A stretch of 63,375 nucleotides of DNA, the filler included, from Basidiobolus meristosporus CBS 931.73 (Eukaryota > Fungi > Basidiobolomycota): NCBI GenBank assembly GCA_002104905.1. It is 4 parts of 4 records of this genome, joined end to end, with 100 filler letters (N's around TTAATTAATTAA, not from the genome) between each part and the next. Parts side by side here need not be neighbours in the genome. Positions count along the whole stretch, not along the records: positions 1 to 29,774 come from MCFE01000864.1; 3 more parts are not named here. One strand, given 5' to 3'. A model generated the notes under the pieces. The model ran no database searches. It was given only the letters and a program-made list of their open reading frames with translations, and was not told the DNA's origin. This document shows positions 1-13,547 of the stretch, piece after piece; the stretch's first letter is position 1; each line of letters begins with the position of its first letter. The translations under genes were made by a program, and so were the position numbers.

Positions 1-672
1 ATGGCTTCTTTGGATACTTGTCATAAGTAAATAAAGATTTCACCACTTGTTGATGTTCCTTCCTAAAATTTTACCTGCCTTGGTGACTTTCCCCCCCCCA
101 ACCCAGCTATCCCTCTTGCTTGCACTGGCTTTACATCTATCAGTATTTGCTCATCTGGCATCTTCATTCCATTATGATACCAGTTATCACAATAAAGCAC
201 TAGAACCCTAATCCTAAATTTGCATTCCCTACCAAAGTAAACAGCAAAGGCCAGATGAATGCCAGCAGAGATTAATATTACCTTAAGGCTACAACCTTTG
301 GTGTTGAGAGTTAAGCCATTACCAGATAAGTGTTTATATATTCCAGATAAGATTCAGGTATAACCACCCAATAATAATTTCAGAGAAAGAAGCATTGGAG
401 AAATCTAATGCATATTGGCAGCCCAGCCTAATAAGAAAACTTACAGAATGTACATTAAATTCTGGTTTGAAATCTCTGATAGGGCTTCTTGCCTTCCCTT
501 GTGTGCTATTTATTGACTAGCGGCACAGCATAGGATGTCATTTCTGAGACTTTGTTTGTTACCCATAGACAGCATAATTTATCAATAGATTTCGGACTGC
601 TTTTTACATACCATATTATTGCCAAATACCATAGTATCTCTATACTTTATTACAAAGAGTATTTTACTTCGA

Positions 673-2194
673 TTAATCTTGGTGTTCTTCCATAAACTTC
701 TTATGGAAGCTTTTCAGTAAATTGATAAACTCATCAAAGGTATGTTCAGGTGCAAGAAACGTGGCGCGGAAATGCCATGTACCGTCCTTCTGACCGAATC
801 CACTACCAGGTACTACACATATTCCTGTCGCCTTCAACATATCTAAGCAGTAGTATACATCAGGTTGTTTACCAGCTTTTTGTGCGGCTTTTAGTGCCTT
901 TGCTGGCAACCGAATACGAGGGAAAAGGTACATTGCACCTTCGGCTTTACTGCAAGTGACTCCCTCTAAGTCATTAAACGCTTCGTAAAGCTTAACGCTT
1001 CGCCGAACTAAAGATTGATGTATTTCCTTGGTTTCTTCCATGTATAGGTCATATGAAGGCTCTCCAGGCGATGGTGGGTTAACCATAAGCTCAACCATGA
1101 TTTGTCCCTGAACGTTGGCAACACACATGGATGAAAGTGTGTACATTTGCCTGATGATCTCCGGATCAATTCCAACACATTCAACATAGCCTCCACGTCG
1201 ACCACACTCTCCAATCACACCTTTTGAGATAGAGTGAAAAGAGAAGAGTTCGAAATTGTCATATGTAGGCCCCATGCTTCTGAGAATCTTTTTGAAGGAG
1301 TGGAACGGAAGATTTTTGGAGTAGCTATTTGTCTGGTAAACCTCATCTGCACAAAGAACTAGCCGCTCACGGTGACAGAAATCGATGATTTCTCGCATAT
1401 TGCTATCTGAGAGGCATTGCCCGGTGGGATTTCCAGGATTAATAACAACAAGTGCACGTACGTCGGTACCTTGTTTGCGCGCTCTGTCTATGGCTTCCTT
1501 AAGATCAGTTGTGTCCATACTCCAACCTTTCTGCTCGTTCAAATAGTACGGGACGGCACGCGAATTGAACAACGCCAGTGAGGCAGTATACAACGGATAC
1601 TGGGGAATAGGTATCATCACACCCACATCAGGCTTATTTACCATACACTGCAGAATCATTTGAACAGCGGGTGAAGCACCAGCAGTTAGGAATATTCTCT
1701 CCGGATCAGACGGGTAACCATCGCGCTCCTCAATGAATTTGGCGACTTGTTTGCGAATGTAGGGTATTCCCATGGAATGGCTGTATGAGCCAATATTTCC
1801 TCCAACGCTTTTAAGCAGCTTTCTCGCACGGTCGATAACATCCCTAGGATACAGGATCTTAACCTGCTCCAGGTTTTTATCAAGTAGGAGATCGGGGTTT
1901 TCGATTAGTGAGGAAACCTGACGGAAGAATGATATCGGCTTCTGTTTGAGTAGCTGGGGATCACCAATATTAATGTTCGTGATCTCGTTAAAGGGGAGCT
2001 TTGTACCATTTTCAAGTTGCTATGTGTTAACGTATGGGAGTTAGACCATCAAAAGCTGGATGAATTCAGTTTTATAGAATCGGTGCACAAACTTCTTGAA
2101 GAGCCTCAGCCAAAATCGCTATTTCGCCGCGCACCGCGTATTCGGTATTTTTCACTAGTGGGCTAAGGTTGCTCATATTCATAATCTTCTCCAT
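673..2194 (-). CDS. ALT1: Alanine aminotransferase (PLP-dependent class I/II aminotransferase), ~482 aa, exons 2194-2093 and 2019-673
   Basis: The track ORF has ALT motifs (LTAGAS, PIPQYPLY, VVINPGNPTGQ, ADEVYQ, SFHSISKG.GECGRRGGY, VPGSGFGQ). The frame stays open upstream to 2019 (QLENGTKLPFNEITNINIGDPQ). A GT-AG intron at 2092-2020 (73 nt) joins it to the exon MEKIMN...EYAVRGEIAILAEALQE. An alternative in-frame start lies at 2257. Confidence 0.95.
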
Positions 2195-3949
2195 TTTCTT
2201 GTTGGATTCCCGAATATTTTCTGGTAATCGAAGCCCATGGTTAACTACTTGCCTCATTGCAATGAGCAGATATATTATTCACCTTGGGATCGTGGGACCG
2301 CGGACAGAGGCCGAGAAATGTAAATTGGTCGTAGTGTGGCTCTGGTCGTTTTGCTCTGGAAACTACGCAAGACACACACCCGGGAAAAACTCCTTATATT
2401 CATTCTTATAAAGCAAGCACAGTTGGTTAGACAGATTGGATGTTGGCATTTGATTTGAGCCTTGGTGGTCTTTTAAACTATCGAGGAATTGAGAATTTCG
2501 GGCACTCGGGCCAGACATCACTGTCAGATTAGCCCAGTTAATGTATGCTTGCATCATGTCTCACTTCAATAACTCTGTCCAGTCGAGCCGAACCCCTCCT
2601 GTCTATTGTGATTTGCAAAACAAAGCTCAGATAATGTCAGTTGCATCCTCATTGTAATATGGTTTAAGTGGAATTTCATAATCCAAACTCTATGTGCATT
2701 CTTAGGCCAAAAATAGTGCTAAACGTTCATTCGATTTGGCATGAAAACTTTCGTCATGAACCAACAGGTTACGTAAGATAGCGGCAATAGTAAATCCATC
2801 CAGGTGCTGAGAAGTGTTGCATGATATGAAAATTACCCTTCAAATAGAGGAATTATTAGACAAATCTTATTTTATATAAACTATTAATACCTCGTCTCAT
2901 TCAAATCAATGATCTCACGCCACAGCTTACTGCACTCCCTGACTTGTTGGCTGCACCAGGAGAGCTGAAGTATGATATAGTATATTGGCAATCATACTCG
3001 TCTTGATTTCCACGTGTCTGACATCATGCTTAAACGATTACTCACTGCCGAAGCAGAGGCAATGTTAGTGCATTGCCATACTTCGCCAACATCCTCTGCA
3101 AAATGCCTTATTGATGAAATTCACATTCACCACTATAGTTTGATGAGCTATTAAGACCCACAATCCAAATTAGCAACTGGAACTCTCCATTTGTCACAGG
3201 TGCCTTGTTAACAAGTGTACATAGTTTAAGCGCTTAATAAAGCTGGCATCCATTATGTATATTCAACTTCCATTTGCAATCACATGCCAAAATCAGCTAT
3301 TACATGTCCGTGACATAGCGCCTCTGAATACGTTTATGCAGAACAAACTACTAGTAACTGTCGTGTATATGTTGAGGTCTCCGTGTTTGGGAATCATGGT
3401 AATAATGGTATGTCAACTGCTTGATTAGAACTTGCATGTGACTGCTCACCACTATCAAAAACATACGATACCCAACTAAAGGATCATTACCATAGGCGGC
3501 CTTTTTTCCCACTATGATGATTGGGGATTGGCTTCTCTTGAACACTGAAAATCCGTGTTGATCGTAACATATAGATATGCACTTCTACTGATCAACTAAA
3601 TGTGGAACTTTGACAGCATCTTTAAAAAGCTTTGGTTTTCGAATTGAAGTAGAACGTGCGCATAGAACTCATCCAATGATTTCAGAATTAGTACTGGTCA
3701 GAGTGGATATGTTTAACCCCATACAAACACTCTTTAGTAAAACCACCGTCTTACCGCAGCATTCCATATAATTGGTATGGAATATTGCGACAGCCGAACC
3801 AAGGTAATGGTCAAATAATGTGCTCAATCAGATAAAATTTACCAGGAATGCAATTTCCTTATAGAACAACGGTAATGATCTAATTTCCTTAGGTCAGTAT
3901 GATCGTACATTGTATATAAATGGTCAATATTTATGCGGATTTACAAGAA

Positions 3950-4300
3950 TTGCCTATAATTGATTGGCTTTGAATTAGAAAGTGCTACCATGTGATCCCA
4001 AAGTTTAGGAATTATGATTCAAGGACTTGGCTCACTAACAGGGCAGTATAGGAGGCTAATGAGGTTGACGCAGTGTTCACTCAGCGTGCCGCAATCGTCT
4101 CAATGCGTCTTTATTTGTCGGTCATATTTTGCACTTCATACTTGTACTAGATCAAAATTATTTTCCTGTCATTGAATGAATGGTGACCAAGTTAGCAAAT
4201 AATTTGATCTCCCAAGGAACTTTGATGGGTATACACCTGTAGGTTGGCGCAGCATATTCTAGAATAGTCCAAATATCTGACTTGTTCTCAACTGCGGCAT
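3950..4300 (-). mobile_element. Possible highly degenerate non-LTR (LINE) reverse transcriptase C-terminal remnant
   Basis: The minus strand gives ILEYAAPTY near 4235-4265 and IETIAAR.V downstream, resembling the RPILEYA.PVW...LE.VQRRAAR motif of LINE RT thumb regions. There are stops and frameshifts, and only short motifs match. Confidence 0.3.
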
Positions 4301-4525
4301 GTTCGAAATCATACAGTCATTAATGGGTATGGGCACACGTATATAAAGTAGTGAATTCTCTATCGATGAATCCTCAGTTCGTTGAACAGATTCAACAAGC
4401 ACATCCGAAGCAGTCATTAAAGCAATAAGTAACAGTGAAGTTGTTACCGAATTACGAAGTAGCGCCGATCCTTGCAGAATAACATATCAAAGCCCTAAAC
4501 GTTTTTAGTAAGAAAAAGAAAAGTA

Positions 4526-4887
4526 ATGGTAAGCACCCATATCAATCCTCTTTCTACTCGAGCCATCGTTTCACTACCCCCCGTGGCATCATTATCCTTG
4601 AATTTTTTGCTAAGACTTTTTAAATATTGAATTGATAGTTGTCCCTTGATATCCTTAACCCAACCGTCGAAAGCCAGAAGCGAACTCACAAGCTAAAGAA
4701 AATTGTCGCTGCGCCCAATTCATTTTACATGGACGTAAAATGCCCTGGATGTGTTAGTATTAGTACTGTATATAGCCACTCCGACACAGCTGTGTCGTGC
4801 AATCGATGCAACACAGTTCTGTGCCAGCCGACTGGTGGCTTAGCAAGATTAACTGAGGGTTGTTCTTTTCGTAAGAAGAAGGTGTAA
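4526..4887 (+). CDS. RPS27: 40S ribosomal protein eS27; exon 1 is the ATG alone (4526-4528), intron 4529-4638, exon 2 4639-4887
   Basis: Contains [46 protein letters not shown] with the C2C2 zinc finger intact. The ATG is followed by a GTAAGC donor, a GCTAAG branch-like site and a TAG acceptor in phase. Confidence 0.93.
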
Positions 4888-6578
4888 ACCGATGTGTTTA
4901 CATAGATTGGTTTAACTGTATTCTAAAATAAAATACATTCCCCTTTGCCTTCAGCAAATCAAATACGTAAATAATATACCAGAATAAATCAAGCCGATCA
5001 ACAGCCAATCAAGGAAGTTTATCAAATCGTGAATCTCTGCTGCGGTTATGGTCTGAGCCTTTTGTCTAATATTTGATACTCTCACTGTCAATACGTTTCA
5101 TCCCATTACTTTCGTAGAGGTGAAAAATAGATAGGGAATTTTAAGGTAATCCAGGGATGATGTTCAATACATACTTAAATACACACCCATCATTGTTGAT
5201 GAGTTATAGACATGAGATTTTCGCCCGATTCATCAAGAATAACTCTTGTTCAGGAGATGCTTGCTGCTGTCCAACTTGGCCCAGGAATTATTTACCCAAA
5301 TTACGGGGAGTTGAGTATGCGGATCGTAGCGATCAGAGTGTGGATTTGATACCTTAATCTTATCACTAGGCGAAATAGCACAGTGCTCACAATTACTATG
5401 TATGTCTTGCAAAAACGGGATCAGTGCGATTCCAGACCTTTATGGTGGTTGATGAACCCAAGAACTCTAATATAAATATGACCGAATAAGATCTGGCACA
5501 AGCATGATCACATTGCTGTAAGATCGACATAACGTGGCAATGGTTTCTCTCATTTTGCTTTGGTCTCTGTATCAACACCGTTTAGCCAATAATAAATCAC
5601 GTCAAAGCCCTACAGGCCATGGGAATCAAGACTTGGAAGACCAACCTTGATAACGCCAGTTTATGGGTCAAGAGAAGATCAACAATCGTCGTACCAAGTT
5701 AAGATCACTGGAAGGTGTGTCGGAGGTGGCTTGGAATGGCCAACATTAAGGAAGCAATCCCAGTCATAAACAGTAATCGAGCTGGTGGATGCATGTTGAT
5801 CAATCTGAATTCGCACTCAGCCTTCCTCCCCCCGATGGGATGTAGTCATCAACCAGCCAGCCACATGACATGTCAACCACAGATTGCATTGACTTTCAGA
5901 ATAGCACTCCACAGGCCTAAACCCACGGCATGCTATTGTTTTGCTGCATGCCTATATCATTGCGCCCATGGTTTGTAGAACCTGATGAAACACATGTGTA
6001 TAGATATGAAAAAAAAGGATTCACATTGATCTACTGCTTCCCACGTTAGATTGGCTGATTGTTGACTTCCACCTTCGTTTCAAATGTAACACAGTCAGGC
6101 TCAGATTAGCCAATCCCAGTGTGTTGACAGCTCTACTGCCATCTTCAGCTATTGTTCAAGGTTGTGAGGGAGTGCGTATACACATATGTGTGTGTGTGTG
6201 CGTGTATGTCGAGGAAATCAACCATGCATTTGGGACACAGTGAACGATGAATTGAGTGAGCTTGGAATCTCGCAACGCATAGACGGGCTATTTTCTCAGC
6301 CATTGTGTAGGTTAGACCATCATCGAGTGGCGAGTGGCTCAGGTTGTCTCCACCAATCGAATACTAGGTTGAATTTGGAAAATGGAATCGGGGAAAAGCA
6401 ATTAACGCAACTCGTAAATAAATTCACAACAAATAATTCGAGTTCAGATTGGCATGTGACCAACATTGTTGATGAAATCACTCACCCGGTCACTGTGATT
6501 TGCCAAGGAAATCAAACTACTTTATAAGCTCGTTATATGTTAGTTATGCGAATTTTTGCCATCTCCCACTGCTCTGCA

Positions 6579-7730
6579 ATGGCTTTCCTCAATTACCCAT
6601 ACCTTGTTTCCCAAGCGCAAGCAATTCTCAAAGAGCAGAAAAATGTTCCTCGTGGTCTTGCAAGCTTACTAGCCTGGCTAACATTGAAACTAAATGAACT
6701 ACTATCTCTGCTTTCTTCCCACCTTAAGCATAATCCCTCTATGTCACAAGTATTAATCACCTACAAACAAAGCGGCGACTTCATCGAGTGTCTTGTTGGT
6801 AAGCCGTCGAGTCTTTAAATACACTAAATGTATGTTGAGCAGTTATGCTAATCCAAATGGGTAGATGCTGTGGAATATGTCGTCGAAAAGATCTGGTATC
6901 AGCATTGTTCACTTGGTCGTACAAAGCGGCTTCTTCTCAGGGCATTTGTGCGAGAAACTATCAAGACCTCCAGAGTATTTTACTCTACTGTGATGATATC
7001 GCTTTTGTATATATATCGTATCCAACCGCTGTTGACCTCTGAAGTATCTTTGCAAAGCGCATATGATTCTTTAGTGCGCGACTCCAGTTCATACGATTCT
7101 TGTAATGAAATCAGCACCCCATTGTTCTCTGATGACAAGGACCTACACAGCAACCATCCATTGAAAATGCAGGATTATTCAACTCATGTCAGAAAAGCGC
7201 TAGTCGGTGCCCTGATGGCTGCCTCCAAATACCACCAAGAGCACGCACCCACCAATTCTGATTGGGCACGATACACTAGTCTAGATCTGACGGAGGTGAC
7301 CAAAGTTGAACTTGCTTTTTTGCACTGTTCACATTATCGGCTTTTTGTTTCGGTAGCAGAATATGAGAAATGGTCGCTTGGCTTAATGAAAGAGATTCAC
7401 CACGAGCAGTCGCCAAAAGTTCAGCAGGTGCTGCAACCAGCTCCATCGACAGAGTTGAATCTATCATCGCTCTTAGCCAACAACTATCCGAGAGTCATGC
7501 CAAATTCCTTGGAAGAAACGATTCAGACACAGATTGCCAATTTCTTCAGAAAGCCACTGAAGGATACATACATAAGCAAGAGAACCCTGTGTAGTAGCCG
7601 TGGACCTACACATAGGCTTAGCAAGGCTCAGCCTATGAGAATAGCTTGCAAGAAGACATACATGAGATATTGCGTCGCCAAAGAGGCTCGTAACATCCTG
7701 GATCCCGAGAGAACCGTTCTGCTCAAGTAG
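6579..7730 (+). CDS. Pho85-type (PCL/Pho80/Clg1-like) cyclin; exons 6579-6798 and 6865-7730
   Basis: Cyclin-box pattern FVRETIKTSRV..ST..ISLLYIYRI ... RKALVGALMAASKY.QE...TNSDWA.YTSL.L.EV..VE..FL. Intron 6799-6864 (GTAAGC...GCTAAT...TAG) joins ORFs 6537 and 6870 in frame. The start could be 6537, 6546 or 6579. Confidence 0.82.
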
Positions 7731-8918
7731 ACAGTCCCACAGGCTGTCCAGAATGGCCCATCTTCTCTGCATAACCGAAAACTATCATTAGAAATTATCC
7801 AATAACACATTCGCCATTTTGTTGTATTTACTTCATATAACCCACCCCGTCGACAATAACGTACATTTCCTAACCTTCTAGCCTATCTATTTACACACAA
7901 CTGGCTTACACCTGAATTTCCCACATGTATACATACTACACTCGCGCGACCTATACCATTACTGACATCAAGTTAGAGGCCAGCACCTAAAACACCGTCA
8001 GAATATCTATTTTTCGGATACTGCAAGAAACAAGCCTACTCCTCATACCCGCCGACTTTTGCCCAAAGATAACTCCATCACTATATGGCAAGCAATACCA
8101 TTCTTCCGTCCTTCCGCATGAATCTTGTAGATAACCCATTACCACCGCTTGCGTGCAGCCACTTGAGCTATGTGTAGATAGTGCTCTTTTTACTTCCCCA
8201 CTAACCCTCATTTCGCCAGTAATGTACACACTACTTTGGAAACTCGGTGGTGCATCCTATTACAAACCACTATTTGTCTAACGAAAGCGAATGTTGGAGG
8301 CCTTTTTGGCCGAAGACGTATCCTAGAATGCTCATCCTCTCCACCAAGACAGATCTCTATCTAAAATCAACATCTATCCCCTAATATTATCGTATGTAGA
8401 GTGTTCAAAATATATTAAGCATCCAACAATAAACGAATTAGTGTGCAAATATAACTGGTAACACCTTGCCTACGGTGTCCTCAAGATAGGAGATCTTCTA
8501 GTGCGCCCTAGTAGCGCTCTGGCTCAGGCCCGCGATATGTATTCCGCTGCCTCGGAAGTCCTGGTCTATATTTGTCATCGATACTCCATCTCACACACCA
8601 GGTTTACGGTAATTCACGAACTAGAAAAGCAGGCAAGTAACTGTGCTATTCACCTCAGACAGAAAGTGTTACATTTCTGTAACGTGATCTATATTGCCCA
8701 CCTATTCACCCTTCTACAGGCAGATTCTACTGGCTCATCATCGATCATCTAATGCTGCCCTACTGTGGAAATGCCATGCTTGTAGCTCATGGGGAAGTAG
8801 GCATTCTACATACACAATTATGCAGCAATACGAATCAGGGGTAGTATGTTTTCATCAAAGGGGACACAAATCTGGCCTCATGAATAAATACTCCTGGCTG
8901 GCAAAACAAGAGTGTATA

Positions 8919-9815
8919 ATGTTTGGGCGTTTGCTAACCTTTTACACTAGGAACCTATCTGATAGACCAGTTGTCACCCGCTCCATAGTCTCAGGTAGTC
9001 TCATGCAGAAACACTTGTACTATATGCCCGAGTAAACAAACATAGTCTCGTTTCCTATTGCAAGCCTGTCTAGCCTCAACTGGAGATATTATTGCCCAGC
9101 AGATATTTGAGAAACAAGGAGACAAATATGACTCTTTCCGTACGATGAGGATGGCGTTCTTTGGTGGCTGTATAGCGGTAGGTTCAGGGGTTTGTCACCT
9201 GCCCTTTGTACTTTTAACTCAACCACTTGTGTCCAAATCCTTCATTCGTGTGTCTTATTCTGTTGGTCATGTTGGCATACTCTAAGCTTGAAACCAATAG
9301 GGCCCGGCACTTAGTGTATGGCATCCATTTTTGGACCGACATATCCGATTGAAAAGTAGAGGTTTGGGTAAAGTCGACACCCAATCTACAGAGTCACACA
9401 AGAGAGACTGAATTATGTTTTCAACTATCAACAGCAACCATCAGCCGAGTGATTGTAGATCAGACGCTCTATGCCCCTTTTATCATCGGCATGTTCTTTA
9501 GTATTCAAGGGCTGCTAGAGCGTGGAAATGTCGAACACGTAAAACAGAAGCTTGAGAAGGTGACATCGTGAACATTGACCACAAGCTTTCCAGCTGTCAC
9601 TAGTGTCAGTTCAGGCTGACCTCTCTCGCTTTGTATAGGGCTATTTCACAGCGCTCCAAAGTAATTACCGTATCTGGCCTGCTGCCCAATTAATCAACTT
9701 TTGGTTGATTCCACTCACTCATCGAGTGCTATTCATCAATTTGGTAGCGCTAGGATGGAATACATACCTTAGTTGGTTTAACCAAAGAACAATCCATGCA
9801 AGTATGGTCCAGTAG
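8919..9815 (+). CDS. SYM1: Mpv17/PMP22 family membrane protein (SYM1-like), 185 aa; exons 8919-8994, 9065-9177, 9301-9367, 9435-9559, 9639-9815
   Basis: The spliced product reads MFGRLLTFYTRNLSDRPVVTRSIVS.ACLASTGDIIAQQ...RTMRMAFFGG..AGP...W..FLD...VIVDQTLYAP...YRIWPAAQLINFWLIP..HRVLFINLVALGWNTYLS. Four GT-AG introns give a 558-nt open frame. Confidence 0.9.
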
Positions 9816-10403
9816 CAGCTTGGAGACGTCTCCCTACACGAGATCTTTTGACGATAAGCCTGGATATTGTATACCTTACACCGTTGACTCCTGAGCACAT
9901 CAAAATGTATACCTTACGAAACGAATTGTTCCAATATAGAAATGACCATGCCTGACTGATTGCCGGGCTTTATGAGCATGTATCAACCCAACCGTTCACA
10001 TCGATAGCAACCTCATGAATAAACACTGCAAAGTTCACCACATCAATGACGGGCGTCTTTGACACAACAGGGAGATCTGCTGCATGTAGCCAGTCCATTC
10101 CCTTTTTAGGCTTGGCCCAATGGCTAATGCAACAGGAGATTGTGAACTTTGGGCAATGCGTGTATTCTGATTGATCTTCAGCAGTCCCCGAGTACATGAT
10201 GGATGGGTCGAGAAAGTCTCAGCCCGGTTGATTTCACGGCTTTCATTATTCATATCTGCGTAGGGATAAGGAATGTGGATTTGGCTGAAAGAAGGCTAAG
10301 CCTCTGCCTCCATTCCGCCCATAAAGTGTTTCATTGCGACAGCGAGTAGAGGGTGGTAACTATATAAGTCAGTGGATGAGGCTTTCATCGTAAAACTAAA
10401 GCA

Positions 10404-11084
10404 ATGGAGCCGTCTACCAGCACGCCTGTCAAGGAGCCCCCTATTCCCATATCCAAGATCAAAGGCTTATGGAATCGAGTTTGTAGTGCCAATTCACTGG
10501 CCATGGTATTGGACATCTTGTTGATGGTATAGCTTTGGCCGCGCTATTCTGTCTGGAAGCTGGATTAACTATTCGTTGATTAGATCTACTCGGTCATCAT
10601 CTTGCTCTTAATATTTATGGGCAAGATTAATCTTCAACGGACGAGACTTCGGCAAACTCAAGGCTCAGCGGACAACAGTGGAATCCTGCTGTTGTTCGAT
10701 GCATTTGGTACCTTGATATCAACACTACTTGCTTTTTTTGCCATATATCGGGTAAGTACAGTTCTTGCTCATAAGCTTTGCAACCGACTCATCGCTGTAC
10801 CAGCAAAAAATGCACATTCTGGGCTCTTTTAGCATCATCAATGTGGTACTTCTTCTTTTTGACGCTATCACTCTGGCCATTGCAGTCTATGGAGGTTCGA
10901 GGAGAACCACCTACGTTATAGCCCTATTGGTATGCGCGCTTCATATCTCCCTCCACTTTAACTCACGCAACCTGCTAACACATTTACTGCTTGTTTGTGA
11001 TAGCTCCCTATTCGTCTTACGTTTGCCGTTTGCTTATTTCTCCTGTATCGCGAGATACGAGATCCCAAATTAGAGTCAGTCTAG
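10404..11084 (+). CDS. Unassigned small four-transmembrane protein, 165 aa; exons 10404-10526, 10584-10751, 10804-10929, 11004-11084
   Basis: Three phase-0 GT-AG introns (57, 52 and 74 nt) join four hydrophobic segments into one open frame ending in TAG. A TATATAAG lies near 10361. I do not recognise the family. Confidence 0.7.
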
Positions 11085-11519
11085 CTTGCAATCACCAAGT
11101 CTGTTACTCCTATCAGCCATCAATGCATTATTAGTCAGCATCCACATATACACTCCCCTTTTCATGATCAACTTCAAGCCAAACTAGGACCAATCGTAAA
11201 TAGGATTAGACCTCTTTCACCCAGCTTGATACAACGTACATGAGCAACATGGCAAAGAGGCCGACGTTCTTTATTGAGTACCGGATTCTAATGGCACAAG
11301 CAATAATAACGCTATTGTTCTGCACCGCGTCGTAGTGGGAAGTATACTTTCCAGATAAGATTTGCTCTAGTTTCCGCAATGCATTATTTCCAATGTGGTG
11401 AATACTTTTTGTGTCCAAGAGCACATATAGATTTGAAATCGCCTCGTACCTCTTTCTGCTTCGTAGCCCCTGGAGAGTTTCTGAATCCTATAAAATTCCA
11501 GAATGGGCAACAGCCAAGT

Positions 11520-11850
11520 GCCAGTTGCAACTATGCCTGAGAACCTGGAAGCGATTTGGAATCCCTATGAAAAATCTCGAACTTGGAATTCATCTGTTTT
11601 TCAGCTGGTATTCTAATGGTGTTTTGCTGGTATTCAGTTGGTGTTTTTCCTTCAAATTTTCAGCTGCAATTTTTGGTAGAAGTAGTGAGCAGCTGATTAC
11701 CAAATTTGGTATGAATGCTAGTTGGCCTAGTCTCCTCCTGGGAAATATGTCTGCTTGTCTGCCCAACAGCCAGAGCCTGAGATATTGAGGGTTGTCAGTT
11801 TTGAGACACTTGGAATTCAGCAGATATTATGACGGTATTCTGCTGGCCTT
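11520..11850 (-). repeat. Unclassified degenerate repeat family Y, copy 1 (partial)
   Basis: Clear nucleotide similarity to 19855-20170 (e.g. TCCCTATGA..ATCTC.A..TTGGAATTCAT and AGCTGATTACCAA.TTT). Boundaries are approximate. Confidence 0.6.
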
Positions 11851-13547
11851 TTCTCAATTTTTTTTCGTAGGGAATTATATCAAAAAGGGCGGCTTTCACC
11901 TGCTGGTTTATTGAATGAACATGCAATACTTGTACTTTCTGCATAGAATCGGAAAGTAATGCCCCAAAAATCTGTGCAAAGCTTGGGTATTTGGACATGC
12001 TCAAGGTCTGTAAACTTCCAGGACTTGTTCTATTCTGAATAAATAACTCCACCAAATCCCAAACCAATATTCAATGTAGTATCAATTAGTCAAATGGCTT
12101 ACCATGGTGTATGAATAAACTTGGGGATAAAGTATCAATTGCAAGACCCTATCCTCACTTAGTTTAAGCCATCAGGTGCAATAGTAATAATTGCAAGCTT
12201 AGAAACAAATAAACCTCCCCGCTAAGCCGCTTTAGATGTAGCATTCTTCTTACAAAGGGTACCTCAATAACTTCAAAGAATGGCTATATATAGGGCTTCC
12301 AGGACTTCCACCATTTCTTATGTCCACAACATGGCTTCAGGATTTCCCAAAACTATACCTTCCTTCAATATATTGGACATAACAATTGCATCAAATAGGT
12401 TAATCCGTGACTTGTATCTGGGAAATGATATCGATTCCGAGTATGAAAAATACACCTACGGAGTATAAGCGGGAATCTTGCTTAATCTAAGATCCAGTCT
12501 CTCGTTTCTGCCGGATGAAAGCAAGTGTTTGGTATTCATACAATATAACCATAAAGCCGTTGGCTATATATCCCAAATCATGGTATTTAAGTATATGTAC
12601 CGAGCAGTTGCAAAATAACACGTGTAGAGTATATAATGCAGGTGCAGATACATCACACGCCATCGATACAACAATGTGTCGGGCAAGAGGCATTGCATAG
12701 CGTGTGGGCATTTCTGATGGGCTTCTGCAGAAGTTACATAGCCATCGTGTGGTTGTCAAGATTGCCTACCACAATGTGCTAGTATTAAATCTAATTTCAA
12801 TTCTAGTCGGATAGTATGACGTATATCAGAAATCTCAACCCAACATAAATTAACGATCCAGCAACTATCCCGACGCAGAATGAGATGCTTATGTATTTCA
12901 CTGATTCAATCATATGCTTGGGCAAGATTGGTCAGTAAGCGGCCAGGCTGGCGAGGATAAAGACCAGTTTCTGATACAAGTTTAATGGCAGGTGGTGAAT
13001 CACACCAGCAATCCACCGACTTCCTAGTAATGAATGTCTGCTCCTACAATTGGGCAATATATGCAGCAATTATTTCCCCTCTCCTGCTTCCAACACCACT
13101 TCCATCGCATCGCCCTACGCTACCCGGAATCTAGCAAAATCTTGTTTCTCAAGGTGAAACAGCTTCATCCAATCATGCAGCAGTATACGAGGTAGGAAAG
13201 ATAAACATTATGCATGCTCTATATCAGTGATCTTAAGTTCCGCTAGTATGCATTGGTATTTTATAATGGATTTTAAGTTCATCCAACGTTCCACTTAAGG
13301 GTAGGGTTTAGTTGGGGTATATGGGAAGAGGAATATTTGCCTAAACCGGAATTGAGGTTTAAATGGATCTTTAAAATTACCAGATCACCGATGCTCAGTA
13401 AGTGGCATTGATATGGCAACGATCTAAATTTAGCTTCCTGCTTATATGAAATCCATCATTTGATCCATCAACATTTCGTATAAATTCCCTTCTTTCCTGA
13501 AATTTGTGCTCTTTAACTTCCTTACGGTCCTGAAGAGAAAATATCAT

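Noticed and set aside
3351-3545. SPIIIVGK resembling a LINE endonuclease IIVGDFN motif
   Set aside because: The catalytic DFN is absent, and the segment lies downstream of the putative RT remnant, which is the wrong order.
6186-6527. 113-aa ORF upstream of the cyclin, starting in a (TG)n run
   Set aside because: It has no recognisable motif or splice link. It could be a uORF, but nothing in the sequence supports that.
9970-10253. Overlapping minus-strand ORFs between SYM1 and the four-TM gene
   Set aside because: They are short, lie in two competing frames, and have no motif or convincing exon structure.
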